Shown: positions 39,874 through 50,146, counted from the stretch's first letter. The stretch: DNA of 64,000 bases from an uncultured Actinomycetes bacterium (GCA_963746135.1 CAVUZZ010000003.1:1096294-1160293); one strand, 5' to 3'. Notes: generated from the letters alone by a model not told the origin. Program-made: numbers and translations.

Positions 39874-40851
39874 ATGAAGGTCTTTGTAGCCGGTTCTACG
39901 GGGGCGGTGGGCAGGTACCTGGTTCCCCGGCTCGTTGCGAATGGTCACGAGGTCGTCGGCATGACCACCAAGCATGAGAAGGCCGAGATCTTGCGAGCAT
40001 GGGGAGCGACTCCGGTCGTCGCCGACGCGCTCGATCCAGAGGCCGTCGGATCGGCGGTGAGCGAGTTCGCGCCCGACGCGATCGTCCACCAGCTCACCGC
40101 TCTGGCGGGAGGAGTCAACCCCCGGCACCAGGCCCGAGACTTGGCGCTTACCAATCGCCTCCGCACGGAAGCAACTGATCACCTGCTCTCTGCGGGCAGG
40201 GCGGTTGGCGTGCATCACTTCGTTGCCCAGAGCTTCGCGCTCGGGACCTACGAACGCATCGGCAGCATGGTGAAGACTGAGGACGACCCGCTCGATCCCC
40301 ATCCGCCCGAACCCATGCGCGACGCGCTGGACGCGATTCGTTATCTGGAGAAGGCGGTTGTAGGCGCCGAATGGACGGAGGGCATCGTGCTTCGTTACGG
40401 CGCCTTCTACGGCCCAGGCACCGGAGTCGCTACCGACCCACCGGGGGAGCAGACGCAGATGATTCGTAAGCGCATGTTCCCGATCATTGGCGGGGGCGGC
40501 GGGGTATGGTCGTTCACTCATGTCGAGGATGCAGCCGGGGCGACCGTCGCCGCGCTGGAGCACGGGCGGCGCGGTGTCTACAACATCGTTGACGATGAAC
40601 CGGCCCCCGTTTCTGAGTGGCTGCCAGAGTTTGCGAAGACCCTCGGCGCCAAACCCCCGAGACGGGTCCCGCGTTGGGTCGGACGGTTGGCCGGCGGCGA
40701 GGGGGTCGCGGTCGTGATGACCGAGGCCCGTGGAGCGTCGAACGAGAAGGCCAAGCGAGAGCTCGGCTGGCGTCCGCTCTATCCAAGCTGGCGCCGCGGA
40801 TTTGCGAACGGGATAGCGTCTTCATCATCTCGGGCACATGGGCTCGGCTGA
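39874..40851 (+). CDS. NAD-dependent epimerase/dehydratase (extended SDR) family protein
   Basis: ATG 39874 after aaggaga. Rossmann motif MKVFVAGSTGAVGRYLV. The track ORF 39634-40851 is an upstream extension. Confidence 0.85.
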   Translation: MKVFVAGSTGAVGRYLVPRLVANGHEVVGMTTKHEKAEILRAWGATPVVADALDPEAVGSAVSEFAPDAIVHQLTALAGGVNPRHQARDLALTNRLRTEATDHLLSAGRAVGVHHFVAQSFALGTYERIGSMVKTEDDPLDPHPPEPMRDALDAIRYLEKAVVGAEWTEGIVLRYGAFYGPGTGVATDPPGEQTQMIRKRMFPIIGGGGGVWSFTHVEDAAGATVAALEHGRRGVYNIVDDEPAPVSEWLPEFAKTLGAKPPRRVPRWVGRLAGGEGVAVVMTEARGASNEKAKRELGWRPLYPSWRRGFANGIASSSSRAHGLG

Positions 40852-40854
40852 CTG

Positions 40855-41767
40855 ATGGGCGGGCTGTACGAGGAGCTGCGCCCTAAGGCGTTTGGAATCG
40901 CCTACCGGATGCTTGGCAGCGTGGGCGAGGCCGAGGACGTAGTTCAAGAGGCTTTCCTACGTCTTCACCGGGAACTCGAAGGGGGCGCTCGGATCGAGTC
41001 GCCAGAGGCCTACCTGGTCACGGTCGTAACTCGACTCGGGATCGATGAGCTGCGCTCGGCACGAGCGCGCCGCGAGGTCTATGTCGGCGAGTGGCTCCCA
41101 GAGCCGATCCTCACGGCCGAAGGCGACGATCCCGCTCGCTACGCGGAGATGGCGGAATCTCTCTCGGTCGGCCTCCTCGTGTTACTCGAAACTTTGTCTC
41201 CGGAGCAACGAGCGGTGTTCCTGTTGCGCGAGGTGTTCGATTATCCCTACGAACGGATTGCTGAGATTCTCGGCAAGAACGTCACGGCAGTTCGTCAGCT
41301 CGCCGTACGTGCTCGTGGCCACGTCGCCGCTCGCGAACCCCGCTTCGAGACATCCCGAGAGCAGCGGGACCGCCTCACGCACCGGTTCTTCGACGCGTTC
41401 GAGAGCGGAAAGCTCGAGGAGCTCGAGGCACTGCTCGCGGACGATGTCACTCTCCGCGGCGACGGCGGAGGAAAGGCTCCATCCCTCGCGCGATCGCTCA
41501 CGAGGCCGCGTGCACGTTGCACGCACGTTGCTCGCCTGGGCGCGGTTGGCCGAAGGCTTCGGCGGCCACCTGCGTCAAGTGGAGGTAAACGGGGAGTCAG
41601 GTGCACTGACGCTCGACCGCGACGGCAAGTTGATCAGCGTGATCACGATCGAGGTCGCCGAAGGCCGGGTCCAAGCGGTGAACTCCCTCGTCAATCCCGA
41701 GAAGCTTGCCCACCTAGGTCCTGTGGGCGACATGCGGGCGCTGCTAGAAGAGTCGAGGAAGCGATGA
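40855..41767 (+). pseudogene. Second ECF41 (SigJ-like) sigma factor, frameshifted inside the C-terminal extension
   Basis: Frame 1 runs to ..LRGDGGGKAPSLARS. Frame 2 continues ..RGRVHVARTLLAWARL..VQAVNSLVNPEKLAHL. The junction is at about 41488-41505. DGGGK and NPEKL motifs are both present. Confidence 0.75.
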
Positions 41768-41883
41768 CTGGTCCGGTACCACCCATGTCCAGCGTTGACG
41801 GGCAGCCTCGGGGCTGTCCATAGTGCGGAATGGCAGCCAAACGGCTGTATGCCCCATAAACCAGGAGAGGAGGGTGCTGTTCC

Positions 41884-42360
41884 GTGGATGACCTCCAGCT
41901 CACACATATCCCAGCCATGGAGGTCGGGATGCTCATCCGCAAGCCGCCACACGACGTCTTTCGGGCGCTCGTCGACCCCGCGATCACCACGAGGTTCTGG
42001 TTCACAAAGAGCAGCGGAGAGGTCGTGCTTGGAGCGACCATCCAATGGGAGTGGGACATGTACGGCGTGTCGACAAACGTCACAGTGAAGGAGGTCGAAG
42101 ACGACAGCAGGATCCTCTTCGAGTGGGGCGGGGACGAATCCACGACTGTGGAGTTTCGTTTCACTGCCTGGAACAACGATGCGACCTACGTACAGGTCAC
42201 CGAGACTGGGTTCACCGGTGATGGCGACGAGATCATTACAAGCGTCGCGGGCTCAACCGGCGGCTTCTCCCTGGTGCTTTGCGCGCTGAAGGCGCTGATG
42301 GAGCACGACATTGTCTTGAGGGTGGTGGGGGATCGCTATCCGAAGGGCCTCGAGCACTGA
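41884..42360 (+). CDS. SRPBCC / AHSA1-like family protein
   Basis: ..MLIRKPPHDVFRALVDPAITTRFWF..VEFRFTAWNNDATYVQVTETGF.. The start may be the internal ATG at 41917. Confidence 0.7.
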   Translation: MDDLQLTHIPAMEVGMLIRKPPHDVFRALVDPAITTRFWFTKSSGEVVLGATIQWEWDMYGVSTNVTVKEVEDDSRILFEWGGDESTTVEFRFTAWNNDATYVQVTETGFTGDGDEIITSVAGSTGGFSLVLCALKALMEHDIVLRVVGDRYPKGLEH

Positions 42361-42450
42361 ATCGATCCGCGTTCCAAGGCTCTTTCTTTAGATGCCGCTT
42401 GATCCAGCCTGGACTGCATCGGGGTCGCCCGTCTCGATGGTCTTGACGGA

Positions 42451-42902
42451 TCAGACGTCGCGTCTCCCCGAGGTGGCCAAGTCACTCAGGTGGTCCGCGG
42501 GGACGAGCTCCTCGACCAGAGGGAATAGCTCCTGCTCCTCGAAGCGAACGTGCTCGGTGAGCAAGTCGGCGATTGCGGTCAGAGTGTCGGGGTCGGCCTC
42601 CCCATCAGCCAGCTGACGCTTTACCGCCCTTACCAGTGCATGAAGCCTGAGGTGGTCGCTAACGGCTCGAACGACGAGGTCGGTTGCGCGCGGTTCATCG
42701 ATCAGCGGCGCAAAGAAGAGTTCCTCCTCCTCGTGGAAGTGACGGATCGCGCGCCGAAGTAAAAATTGACGAAGTCGTTCGCGAGGTTGCGACGTTCGGT
42801 GACGTCACTAAGCTTGGATGCATCGCGGAGACGTCGAGCCTGCGCTAACGCGTGATGGTGGTCATGAGTAAGTGGAATCAAGGCATCGTTGCGACGTGGC
42901 AT
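42451..42902 (-). pseudogene. Hemerythrin (HHE cation-binding) domain protein, one frameshift
   Basis: ATG 42902 after gaggagg. Reads MPRRNDALIPLTHDHHHALAQARRL..DFVNFY. Own translation in the next frame gives RRAIRHFHEEEELFFAPLID..LLTEHVRFEEQELFPLVEE.., with stop at 42451. The junction is at about 42750-42762. Confidence 0.7.
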
Positions 42903-43094
42903 TTGAGAATCCTCCTCATATTGACGGCGTCGCGCCTTCCCAACTGTGGGAATCGTGGAAGTGCAATCGCTCGACCCACCATAGCGATGTTTGCGATCAA
43001 CCCCTCGATCCGCGGGTCTGACCATCGATCTCCGTTCGGAAAACCTGGAAATGCTGTCGAGAGAGCAGGTTCCTCGTTAACCTGACCGAATGGA

Positions 43095-44160
43095 GTGGCC
43101 GTGAGTCGGCACGCCGAGAAGCTGCAAGGCTTGCTGAGGGATGTCAATCCGACCGCAAGCGGGATCGGGATGGCCGCCGCGGTGCTTATGAGCGCGGCGA
43201 TCTTTGCTGGCAGCAGAGGACTGCAGAACTTCGATGCCGCTCTGATCGGCTACGCAACCGCAACTGTTTTCCTAGCGTTCGGAGTCACCTATCGCTACGT
43301 CGTGTGGGTTCAGAGCCCTCCGGCACGGCGTTACCTGATCAAAGGGTGGAAGGCGTTCCTGTCGTGGCACAACTTCAGGCGTTTCCCTGGCTTAGTGCCG
43401 AGGGCACTGGTGTCGAACCTTGCATTACAGAGTTTCATCCGAGAGCGCGGGAGTGGGGCGATGGGCGGCGCATCAGGCGGTGTTCTGGGGAGTAGTCGGC
43501 GCGACGTTGATCACCTTTCCGTTGACCTTTGGATGGATTCATTTCCGAGCTGTGCCCGGAACGGAGAGTGGCTATGAGATGTATTTGTTCGGCATCAAGA
43601 CCGTTTCCTTCGATGCCCTGACGTTGCTGGGTTGGCTCACCTTCCACGGCCTCGACATCACCGCTGTGCTGGTCATAGCGGGTAGTGGCTACTTTCTCTG
43701 GAGAAGGTTCCGCGACAGGGAAGCGATGACCAACCAGCATCTAGCGCACGATCTGATGCCTCTCGTGGCGCTCGTCGCCATCTCGGTCACCGGCTTGCTG
43801 CTGACCTTCTCTAGCGCTCTCCTCGCGGGCCGCTACTACGACTTCCTCGCGATCCTGCATATGGGCACGGTGGTGCTGACCTTGGTGTTCATTCCTTTCG
43901 GGAAGTTCTTCCACGTGATCCAGCGCCCGGCCAGCATCGGAGTGCAGGTCTACAAGAGCTCGAGGCTTCAGGACAGCGGTCCCTTCCATTGCAGGCGTTG
44001 CGGAGCCGCCTTCGAGACCGAGACATACGTCGAGGATCTCGAGAAAACGATGGGGGAACTCGGGCTCGACTTCCAGAGTTGGATCGAGCACTGCCCGCGC
44101 TGTAAGCGCATCGAGAGAGGTGCCGCATACCGAGCGCACGTAAAAGAGGGATTCCGCTGA
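43095..44160 (+). pseudogene. NarI/DsrM/HdrE-like polytopic membrane protein with a C-terminal CxxC...CxxC tail, one frameshift
   Basis: ORFs 43095-43577 and 43420-44160 join at about 43450-43462 (a g-rich run). They carry ..LVFIPFGKFFHVIQRP.., a NarI-family-like motif. The tail reads HCRRCGAAF..HCPRCKR. Confidence 0.6.
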
Positions 44161-44170
44161 AACGACTTCG

Positions 44171-46448
44171 ATGAACCGATCGCAAGAGGCGCCGGGGATC
44201 GGAGATTTTCGGCAGGCGGGAGCGGATACGGCTGCCGGATGGTCGACCCATGAGAAGGATGAAACGCTGGTTGCGACGCACTGCTGTTTCTGCGGTGTCC
44301 AGTGCGGCATGTACTTGCGCGTCGCTCCTGACGGTCGTGTGTTCGGGGTCGAGCCGCGCGATCACGACATCAACAAGTCAAAGCTCTGCCCTAAAGGAGT
44401 GGTGGCCTATCAGCAGGTGAACCATCCGGACAGGCTCACGCATCCATTGATGCGTGCCTCTCGAGAACGATCCACTTCGTCCGGTGTCTTGGGATGATGC
44501 TCTCGACCGGGTGGTGTCGGAGATAAACAGGATCCAGGAGGCCTATGGGAGGGACGCGTTTGCCGTCTACTCCGGGTCCAGCATGACGACCGAGAAGACC
44601 TATCTCGCCGGCAAGTTCGCTCGCATTGCGCTCGGAACCGCGAATATCGACTACAACGGCCGGCTTTGCATGGTCTCCGCTGCCGCGGGCAACAAGAAGG
44701 CTTTCGGGATAGATCGCGCCGCCAACCCGTGGTCTGACATGTTCGAGACCGATGTCATCCTCGTAGCGGGCTCGAACGTGGGGGAGTGCTTCCCCGTAAT
44801 GACCCAGTACTTCTGGGGTGCGCGCGATCGCGGCGCCAAGTTGATTACCGTCGATCCCAGAGAGACCGCTCTAGCGCGCACTGCAGATTTGCATGTGGGA
44901 TTGCGGCCTGGGACCGACGCGGCGTTCTTCAACGGTGTGTTGCATGTGATCGAACGGGACGGCTTGATCGATGAAGGCTTTATCTCTGAGCGCACCGTGG
45001 ACTGGGAGGATGTGCGCGGCACCGTTCGCGCTTGCACGCCGGAGAAAATCGGTGAAATCTGCGGACTCGAGCCGGCATTGATCGAGCGTGTGGCACGCAT
45101 GTGGGGCGAGGCCGACAAGGCGATGGCATTCCACGCACGAGGGATCGAACACCACATCCAGGGCGTGGGCAATGTTCTCACCGTGATCAACCTTGTCCTC
45201 GCTACGGGTCAGATCGGAGCTTCGGGCAAGGGTTACGGCACGATTACCGGTCAGGGCAACGGTCAGGGTGGGCGCGAGCACGGACAGAAGTGCGATCAGT
45301 TACCGGGGCAGCGTTCGATCGAAGATCCCGAGGCACGTGCCTACATCTCGAAGGTGTGGGGGATAGACGAGCGCGAACTCCCCGACAAGGGGATGACCGC
45401 GGTCGAGATCATTCACGCCGCGGAGGCCGGGGAGATCAAGGGTCTAATCGGACTCTGCAACAACCCGCTCGTGTCAATGCCCCACGGCAGCCGCATCAGG
45501 CGCGGGTACGACGCCCTCCAGTTTCACTGTCAGCTCGATTTCTTCCTGTCCGAGACGGCAGAGCGCGCGGACGTCGTCCTGCCGGTTACCGCTTGGGCCG
45601 AGGATGAAGGCGTCACTGCAAATGCCGAGGGTCGCATCGTCAAGCACAACAAGGCCACTGATCCCCACTCCGGCGTTCGCACCGACTGGTGGATCATCTG
45701 CGAGCTCGCAAGAAGGCTCGGACGCCATGCAGATAAGTTCGAGTTCAAGTCCCCAAAGGAGATCTTCGAGGAGCTAAGAGTCGCGTCGAAAGGCGGTCCC
45801 GCCGACTACCACGGTGTCACGTACGAGCGACTCGAGGAGACCGGAGGGATCTTCTGGCCCTGTCCGGAGGTGAACCATCCCGGCACTCCGAGACTCTTCG
45901 AAGAACGCTTCTCTCACCCCGACGGCAAGGCGCGCTTCACAGCGGTGGAGTGGGCCCCACCAGCGGAGGAAGCGGACGACGCGTTCCCGGTTCGCCTTAC
46001 GACCGGGCGAACCGTGGCGCACTATCTCTCGGGAAATCAGACGCGGCGTTTGGGCGCGCTCGTTCAACAGACACCGCGCCCTTGGGTTGAGATCCATCCT
46101 TCGCTTGGATTCGCCAACGGTGATCCCGTAAGGGTTGTGACACGTCGCGGCGAGGTCACCTATCCAGCTCTCGTCGTGTCGACCATCAGACCGGATACCG
46201 CGTTCGTGCCCTATCACTGGGCCTCTCCGGCCGCCGCGAACGAGCTCACTGTCGACGATCTCGATCCAACCTCGATGATCCCCGAGTACAAGGTGTGTGC
46301 TTGTCGTTTGGAGAGAGGCGCGGAGATCACAGAAACACCGTTGCCGCCGGTCGAGCCGGGTAAGTCGTCTTACTCGAACACTTTTGCTCGCGGTAGTGAC
46401 AGTCGGCCGCCGACGACACCACAGGGCAGGGGGACGGCCCAGGGATGA
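44171..46448 (+). pseudogene. Molybdopterin (bis-PGD) oxidoreductase catalytic subunit, NasA/NarB/Fdh-like, no signal peptide, one frameshift
   Basis: N-terminal FeS motif HCCFCGVQCGM...KLCPKG. The junction is at about 44452-44462 (..THPLMRA / LENDPLRPVSWDDAL). Also carries ..TGQGNGQGGREHGQK.. and C-terminal ..VVTRRGEV...FVPYHW.. Confidence 0.8.
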
Positions 46449-47014
46449 TGGACAAGACGTTGTTCATCGATCCCGGCCGCTGCATCGGTTGCCAGGCCTG
46501 CGTAGCCGCTTGCCGCGAGTGCGACTCGCACAGAGGGCGGACGATGATCCACCTCGACTATGTCGATGAGGGGCATTCAGCCGCTGCAATGCCGACCGTC
46601 TGCATGCATTGCCAGGATCCCGTGGCTCCGTGCGCGCAGGTCTGTCCCGCGGACGCGATCCCTGTCGGTCCCGACGGTGTCGTACACAACGCAGCGAAAG
46701 AGCGTTGCATCGGCTGCGAGAACTGCGTTCACGCGTGCCCGTTTGGCGTCCCCAAGCTGGACCTCTCCGAGATGCTTCAGTACAAATGCGACATGTGCTA
46801 CGACCGCACATCTCGCGGGCTGTCGACCATGTGCGCGACCGTGTGCCCTACAGGCGCGATCTTCTACGGCTCCTATGAAGAGTTGCTGGCCGACAGACCC
46901 CACTCGCGTGCGAGCGACATCTTCGGGTTCGGCGATACCCTCGTGCAGACCGGCTGCGCGATCGTGGTCCCCGCGGGACGGGATGGGACGCCGATCCCAG
47001 GTGGTTGGTCGTGA
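46445..47014 (+). CDS. 4Fe-4S dicluster-type ferredoxin subunit (four Cys clusters, DmsB/HybA-like)
   Basis: ATGA overlap with the Mo subunit. Cys clusters: CIGCQACVAAC, CMHCQDPVAPCAQVCP, CIGCENCVHACP, CDMCYDR..CATVCP. Confidence 0.85.
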   Translation: MMDKTLFIDPGRCIGCQACVAACRECDSHRGRTMIHLDYVDEGHSAAAMPTVCMHCQDPVAPCAQVCPADAIPVGPDGVVHNAAKERCIGCENCVHACPFGVPKLDLSEMLQYKCDMCYDRTSRGLSTMCATVCPTGAIFYGSYEELLADRPHSRASDIFGFGDTLVQTGCAIVVPAGRDGTPIPGGWS

Positions 47015-47493
47015 CTCAAGACTCGCACGCCCGGGAACGCCTGCTTGATCGGATCCGGGAGGATCGTCTCGTCACACGACGCGACTATCTTCGTCTGCTC
47101 GTAACCGTGTCCGGTGGTCTTCTGGCTGGAACTGCAGCTGTCGCCTCCGGCATCTTCCGGGAACATGGGTCGGGCGAGGCACCGCCACGGAAGGTGGCCA
47201 ACGCCATCGGGTCCGGCGAATCGTTCGCCTTCAGCTACCCGGGTGACGATGATCCCGCGATCGGCGTACGTCTCGAGGACGGCTCGCTCGTCGCCTATTC
47301 GTCGGTGTGCACGCACCTCGCGTGCGCGGTGTTGTGGATCAAGGAAAGCGGCGACCTCGAGTGTCCCTGTCACGATGGCCTCTTCGATGTGCGCACAGGA
47401 GAGGTGCTGGCGGGCCCACCGCCTCGTCCCCTTCCGAGGATCGAGCTACAGGAGCGTTCGGACGGTATCTATGCTGTTGGAGTGATGACGTGA
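47005..47493 (+). CDS. Rieske [2Fe-2S] protein with Tat-type signal/anchor
   Basis: TRRDYLRLLVTVSGGLLAG (twin-arginine plus hydrophobic stretch). Rieske boxes CTHLAC and CPCHDG. Start is TTG 47005 or GTG 47011, overlapping the ferredoxin stop. Confidence 0.85.
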   Translation: MVVTQDSHARERLLDRIREDRLVTRRDYLRLLVTVSGGLLAGTAAVASGIFREHGSGEAPPRKVANAIGSGESFAFSYPGDDDPAIGVRLEDGSLVAYSSVCTHLACAVLWIKESGDLECPCHDGLFDVRTGEVLAGPPPRPLPRIELQERSDGIYAVGVMT

Positions 47494-47735
47494 AGCGTAG
47501 CCGCGGACGGCTAGAGGTAAGAGACACGGCACGGGATCATCCAGATGTCGCCGCATCGCTGAACGCGCGCATTGCAGTGGTCGCGCTCATCATCGTTTGT
47601 CAACTCTGGGCGCTGACCGCTGCGCTCGATGCGTGGTTGGGCGGTGCCACGGATGCGGTGTGGTGGCTGCTCGGTTTCCAGGTCCTCGCGTTCATCTCGG
47701 CCGTACTCATCTCGCGAGCTTCACCCAGATCGTAA
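47490..47735 (+). CDS. Small two-TM membrane protein (81 aa)
   Basis: GTG 47490 overlaps the Rieske stop (GTGA). Two hydrophobic helices. Part of track ORF 47307-47735. Confidence 0.45.
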   Translation: MKRSRGRLEVRDTARDHPDVAASLNARIAVVALIIVCQLWALTAALDAWLGGATDAVWWLLGFQVLAFISAVLISRASPRS

Positions 47736-48353
47736 GTGGCCGGCGACCCTCGTTATCCCATTCAAGGTGAGATGTCCGACGTCCTTCGAGGTCTCTTACG
47801 GAGACTCCGCCTGCCCGCACTAACGGAGCGCCACAGCACACGTGCTGTACTCGGGTTGTTCGCCTTCATCAATGGTCTCGTTTCAATCGGCATCATGTCT
47901 GCCGCCGCCGCGCTCACCGGTCAGCCGCTGATCTTTCCCTCGCTTGGTCCGACAGCATTCCTCTTGTTCTTTACGCCCCGAGCTCCGACGGCATCTCCGC
48001 GCAATACCATCATCGGACATCTGATCGGTGTCGTGGCGGGTTACGTATCGCTCGTTGTCTTCGGCCTAACGGATCACGGACCAGCACTCGCCGAGGGCGT
48101 GACTTGGGCGCGTGTCGGAGCAGCCGCGCTTTCCCTAGCTCTCACATCCGGCTTCATGGTGTGGCTCCTGGCTCCCCATCCGCCAGCCGGAGCAACTACG
48201 CTGATCGTCAGCCTCGGCATCATGCCCCGGCCGTCGCAACTTGCGTTTCTGATGCTTGCGGTCGCGTTGCTCGTACTCCAGGGTCTCGCAATTAATCGCT
48301 TGGCGGGTATCGACTACCCATTGTGGAGGGCACCCGACGCGCAGCAGCCATAG
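47736..48353 (+). CDS. HPP-family membrane protein
   Basis: ..IFPSLGPTAFLLF.. and ..PHPPAGATTLIVSLG.. (the HPP motif). Abuts the previous stop codon. Confidence 0.75.
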   Translation: MAGDPRYPIQGEMSDVLRGLLRRLRLPALTERHSTRAVLGLFAFINGLVSIGIMSAAAALTGQPLIFPSLGPTAFLLFFTPRAPTASPRNTIIGHLIGVVAGYVSLVVFGLTDHGPALAEGVTWARVGAAALSLALTSGFMVWLLAPHPPAGATTLIVSLGIMPRPSQLAFLMLAVALLVLQGLAINRLAGIDYPLWRAPDAQQP

Positions 48354-48411
48354 GAGAGCACGACGTGGAGAAACCAAGACGAGGAGTCCCGAATTGGTAG
48401 AACGGCGAACG

Positions 48412-48825
48412 ATGCTCACGACGCGATTGCTCGTGTTGGTGCTTTCCATACTCCTAGGTGCTTGCTCTCAGGGCGGCGACGACAATACTGAGCAAGAGCG
48501 CCCCTCCGCAGAGGAGCCGGCTGGTGCCGAGTTGGCCGCGCAGGGGAAAGGGCTTTACGAAGAAACGTGCGGGGTCTGCCATGGACTCGACCTGAAGGGA
48601 ACGGATGCCGGGCCGCCGTTCCTATCGCCGATCTACGCGCCGAACCATCACCCCGACGAGTCCTTCTATGCGGCGGTTGAGCAAGGTGTGCAGCCTCATC
48701 ACTGGGACTTCGGACCGATGCCACCCCAGCCCGCGATGAAGCGCGAACAAGTAGAGGCGATAATCGCTTACGTGCGGTCGCAGCAAGAGGAGGCGGGGAT
48801 CACCGAAGACCCCTCACATCAATAG
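48412..48825 (+). CDS. Lipoprotein-type monohaem cytochrome c
   Basis: Lipobox LLGAC. Haem site CGVCHG. A distal Met candidate lies in FGPMPP. Confidence 0.8.
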   Translation: MLTTRLLVLVLSILLGACSQGGDDNTEQERPSAEEPAGAELAAQGKGLYEETCGVCHGLDLKGTDAGPPFLSPIYAPNHHPDESFYAAVEQGVQPHHWDFGPMPPQPAMKREQVEAIIAYVRSQQEEAGITEDPSHQ

Positions 48826-48840
48826 AATCCGCTCCTGTGG

Positions 48841-49716
48841 TCAGTCCCTGCCGAGCTTGCGAATGCGATCCGGATTTTCGTTGATCGAGGTCAGCTTCGC
48901 GATTGCCTTTCCGAATAACTCATCGAAGTTCTGCCGGCCACGTTTGCGTTTGAATGGATCGATGCTCGATATCAGCTGGTACTGGAAATACTGGTGGAAC
49001 GCACCCATCTCCTTGGCTTGCGCGATTACGTCCTTCACTAACGAGTTCGCTTCCAGCACCGTGTCGGCTCGTTGCTCGCGAACTTCATAGGACTTCTCGA
49101 GTGTTCGCCTGAGCCAGAAGTCGCATTTTTTCAGCAAGGGCTCGAACGCGCTCCCCGCTAGCCTGCTCCCTCTCTCGTATGCGAGTCCCAAGGTCACGTA
49201 GTAGGCGATTTCTATCGAATCAACGACTTCAGGATCGTTTTCTTTGATCTCGGGACTGGAATCCAGGAACTTGCGGTAAATGCCGAGCGAAACCGTGCCC
49301 TTTTCGCGGATGTTTAGGTCCTTCTCGACGTTCAGATTCATCATTCGCGTTGCAAGACGTCCCGGAACCACGAGCACAGGCAGTCGGCGAAGGCCGACCT
49401 CGCGGGCGGCCTCGAGGCGATGCTGGCCGTCGATCACAGCGAAGTGCGAGCTCCCGTTTTCTTCTGCTTCGACCGCGACGACGGGAACGATGAAACCCAT
49501 GCGTTCGATCGAGGAGACCAGGTGCTCGACATGGGAAGGCCTTGTCTTTCGCTGATGCCCGACAACCTCGAGCCGATCGATGGGGACGGTGGTCAAGGTG
49601 ATGGTCTGGCGCTTGTGGGGGTCCCGGAAGGTGAGTTCATCAGGCATGGAGCCAATGCTACCGGTGCGCCACCGATCTCGGCGAACACGACGGTTCAGGA
49701 AGTTTCTAAGCCCCAT
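48841..49716 (-). CDS. ParB/Srx-like N-terminal domain protein with helical C-terminal domain, no ParA
   Basis: VPIDRLEVVGHQRKTRPSHVEHLVSSIERMGFIVPVVAV...VIDGQHRLEAAREVG. G+C looks lower than the neighbours by eye. Start uncertain (49716 or 49647). Confidence 0.65.
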   Translation of the reverse strand: MGLRNFLNRRVRRDRWRTGSIGSMPDELTFRDPHKRQTITLTTVPIDRLEVVGHQRKTRPSHVEHLVSSIERMGFIVPVVAVEAEENGSSHFAVIDGQHRLEAAREVGLRRLPVLVVPGRLATRMMNLNVEKDLNIREKGTVSLGIYRKFLDSSPEIKENDPEVVDSIEIAYYVTLGLAYERGSRLAGSAFEPLLKKCDFWLRRTLEKSYEVREQRADTVLEANSLVKDVIAQAKEMGAFHQYFQYQLISSIDPFKRKRGRQNFDELFGKAIAKLTSINENPDRIRKLGRD

Positions 49717-49819
49717 TTCCTTTGGGCAGGGGCCGGGGAGATCATTCGCTCGTAGCACTGCCTCCGCTCGTAAAACCTCCAGAAATGTGTTTCGGAGTTG
49801 CGCCGGCACCTGGGGTGCA

Positions 49820-50050
49820 TCAACGGACTTGTTTCGCACGCAGCATGGTGATGGATCTATCGATTCGACGCCGGCGGGCCTCCGAGGACTTGGCGCCTTC
49901 GATCGAGAGCACGTGCCTTTTCTTGCTGCTGAACGTCAGCTCATCGAAGAACTTCCTAGCGCCGGGATCGCGGTTGAGGGCGGTTGCTAGGTCCGCCGGC
50001 ACGGCTAGCACACGGTGCTCGGCTCCGGACTCCATGATGGACCTTCTCAT
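49820..50050 (-). CDS. YdeI/OmpD-associated family small protein
   Basis: 76 aa: ..VPADLATALNRDPGARKFFDELTFSSKKRHVLSIEGAKSSEARRRRIDRSITML.. Confidence 0.6.
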   Translation of the reverse strand: MRRSIMESGAEHRVLAVPADLATALNRDPGARKFFDELTFSSKKRHVLSIEGAKSSEARRRRIDRSITMLRAKQVR

Positions 50051-50146
50051 CGCTACCTCCCGATCGCTTTTTGAGTTTCTCGATGGTTCGACTCGGTGAG
50101 ACCGAGAAACTCATCGCTGGGGAGCGGATCGATCTGCGATCGTGAC

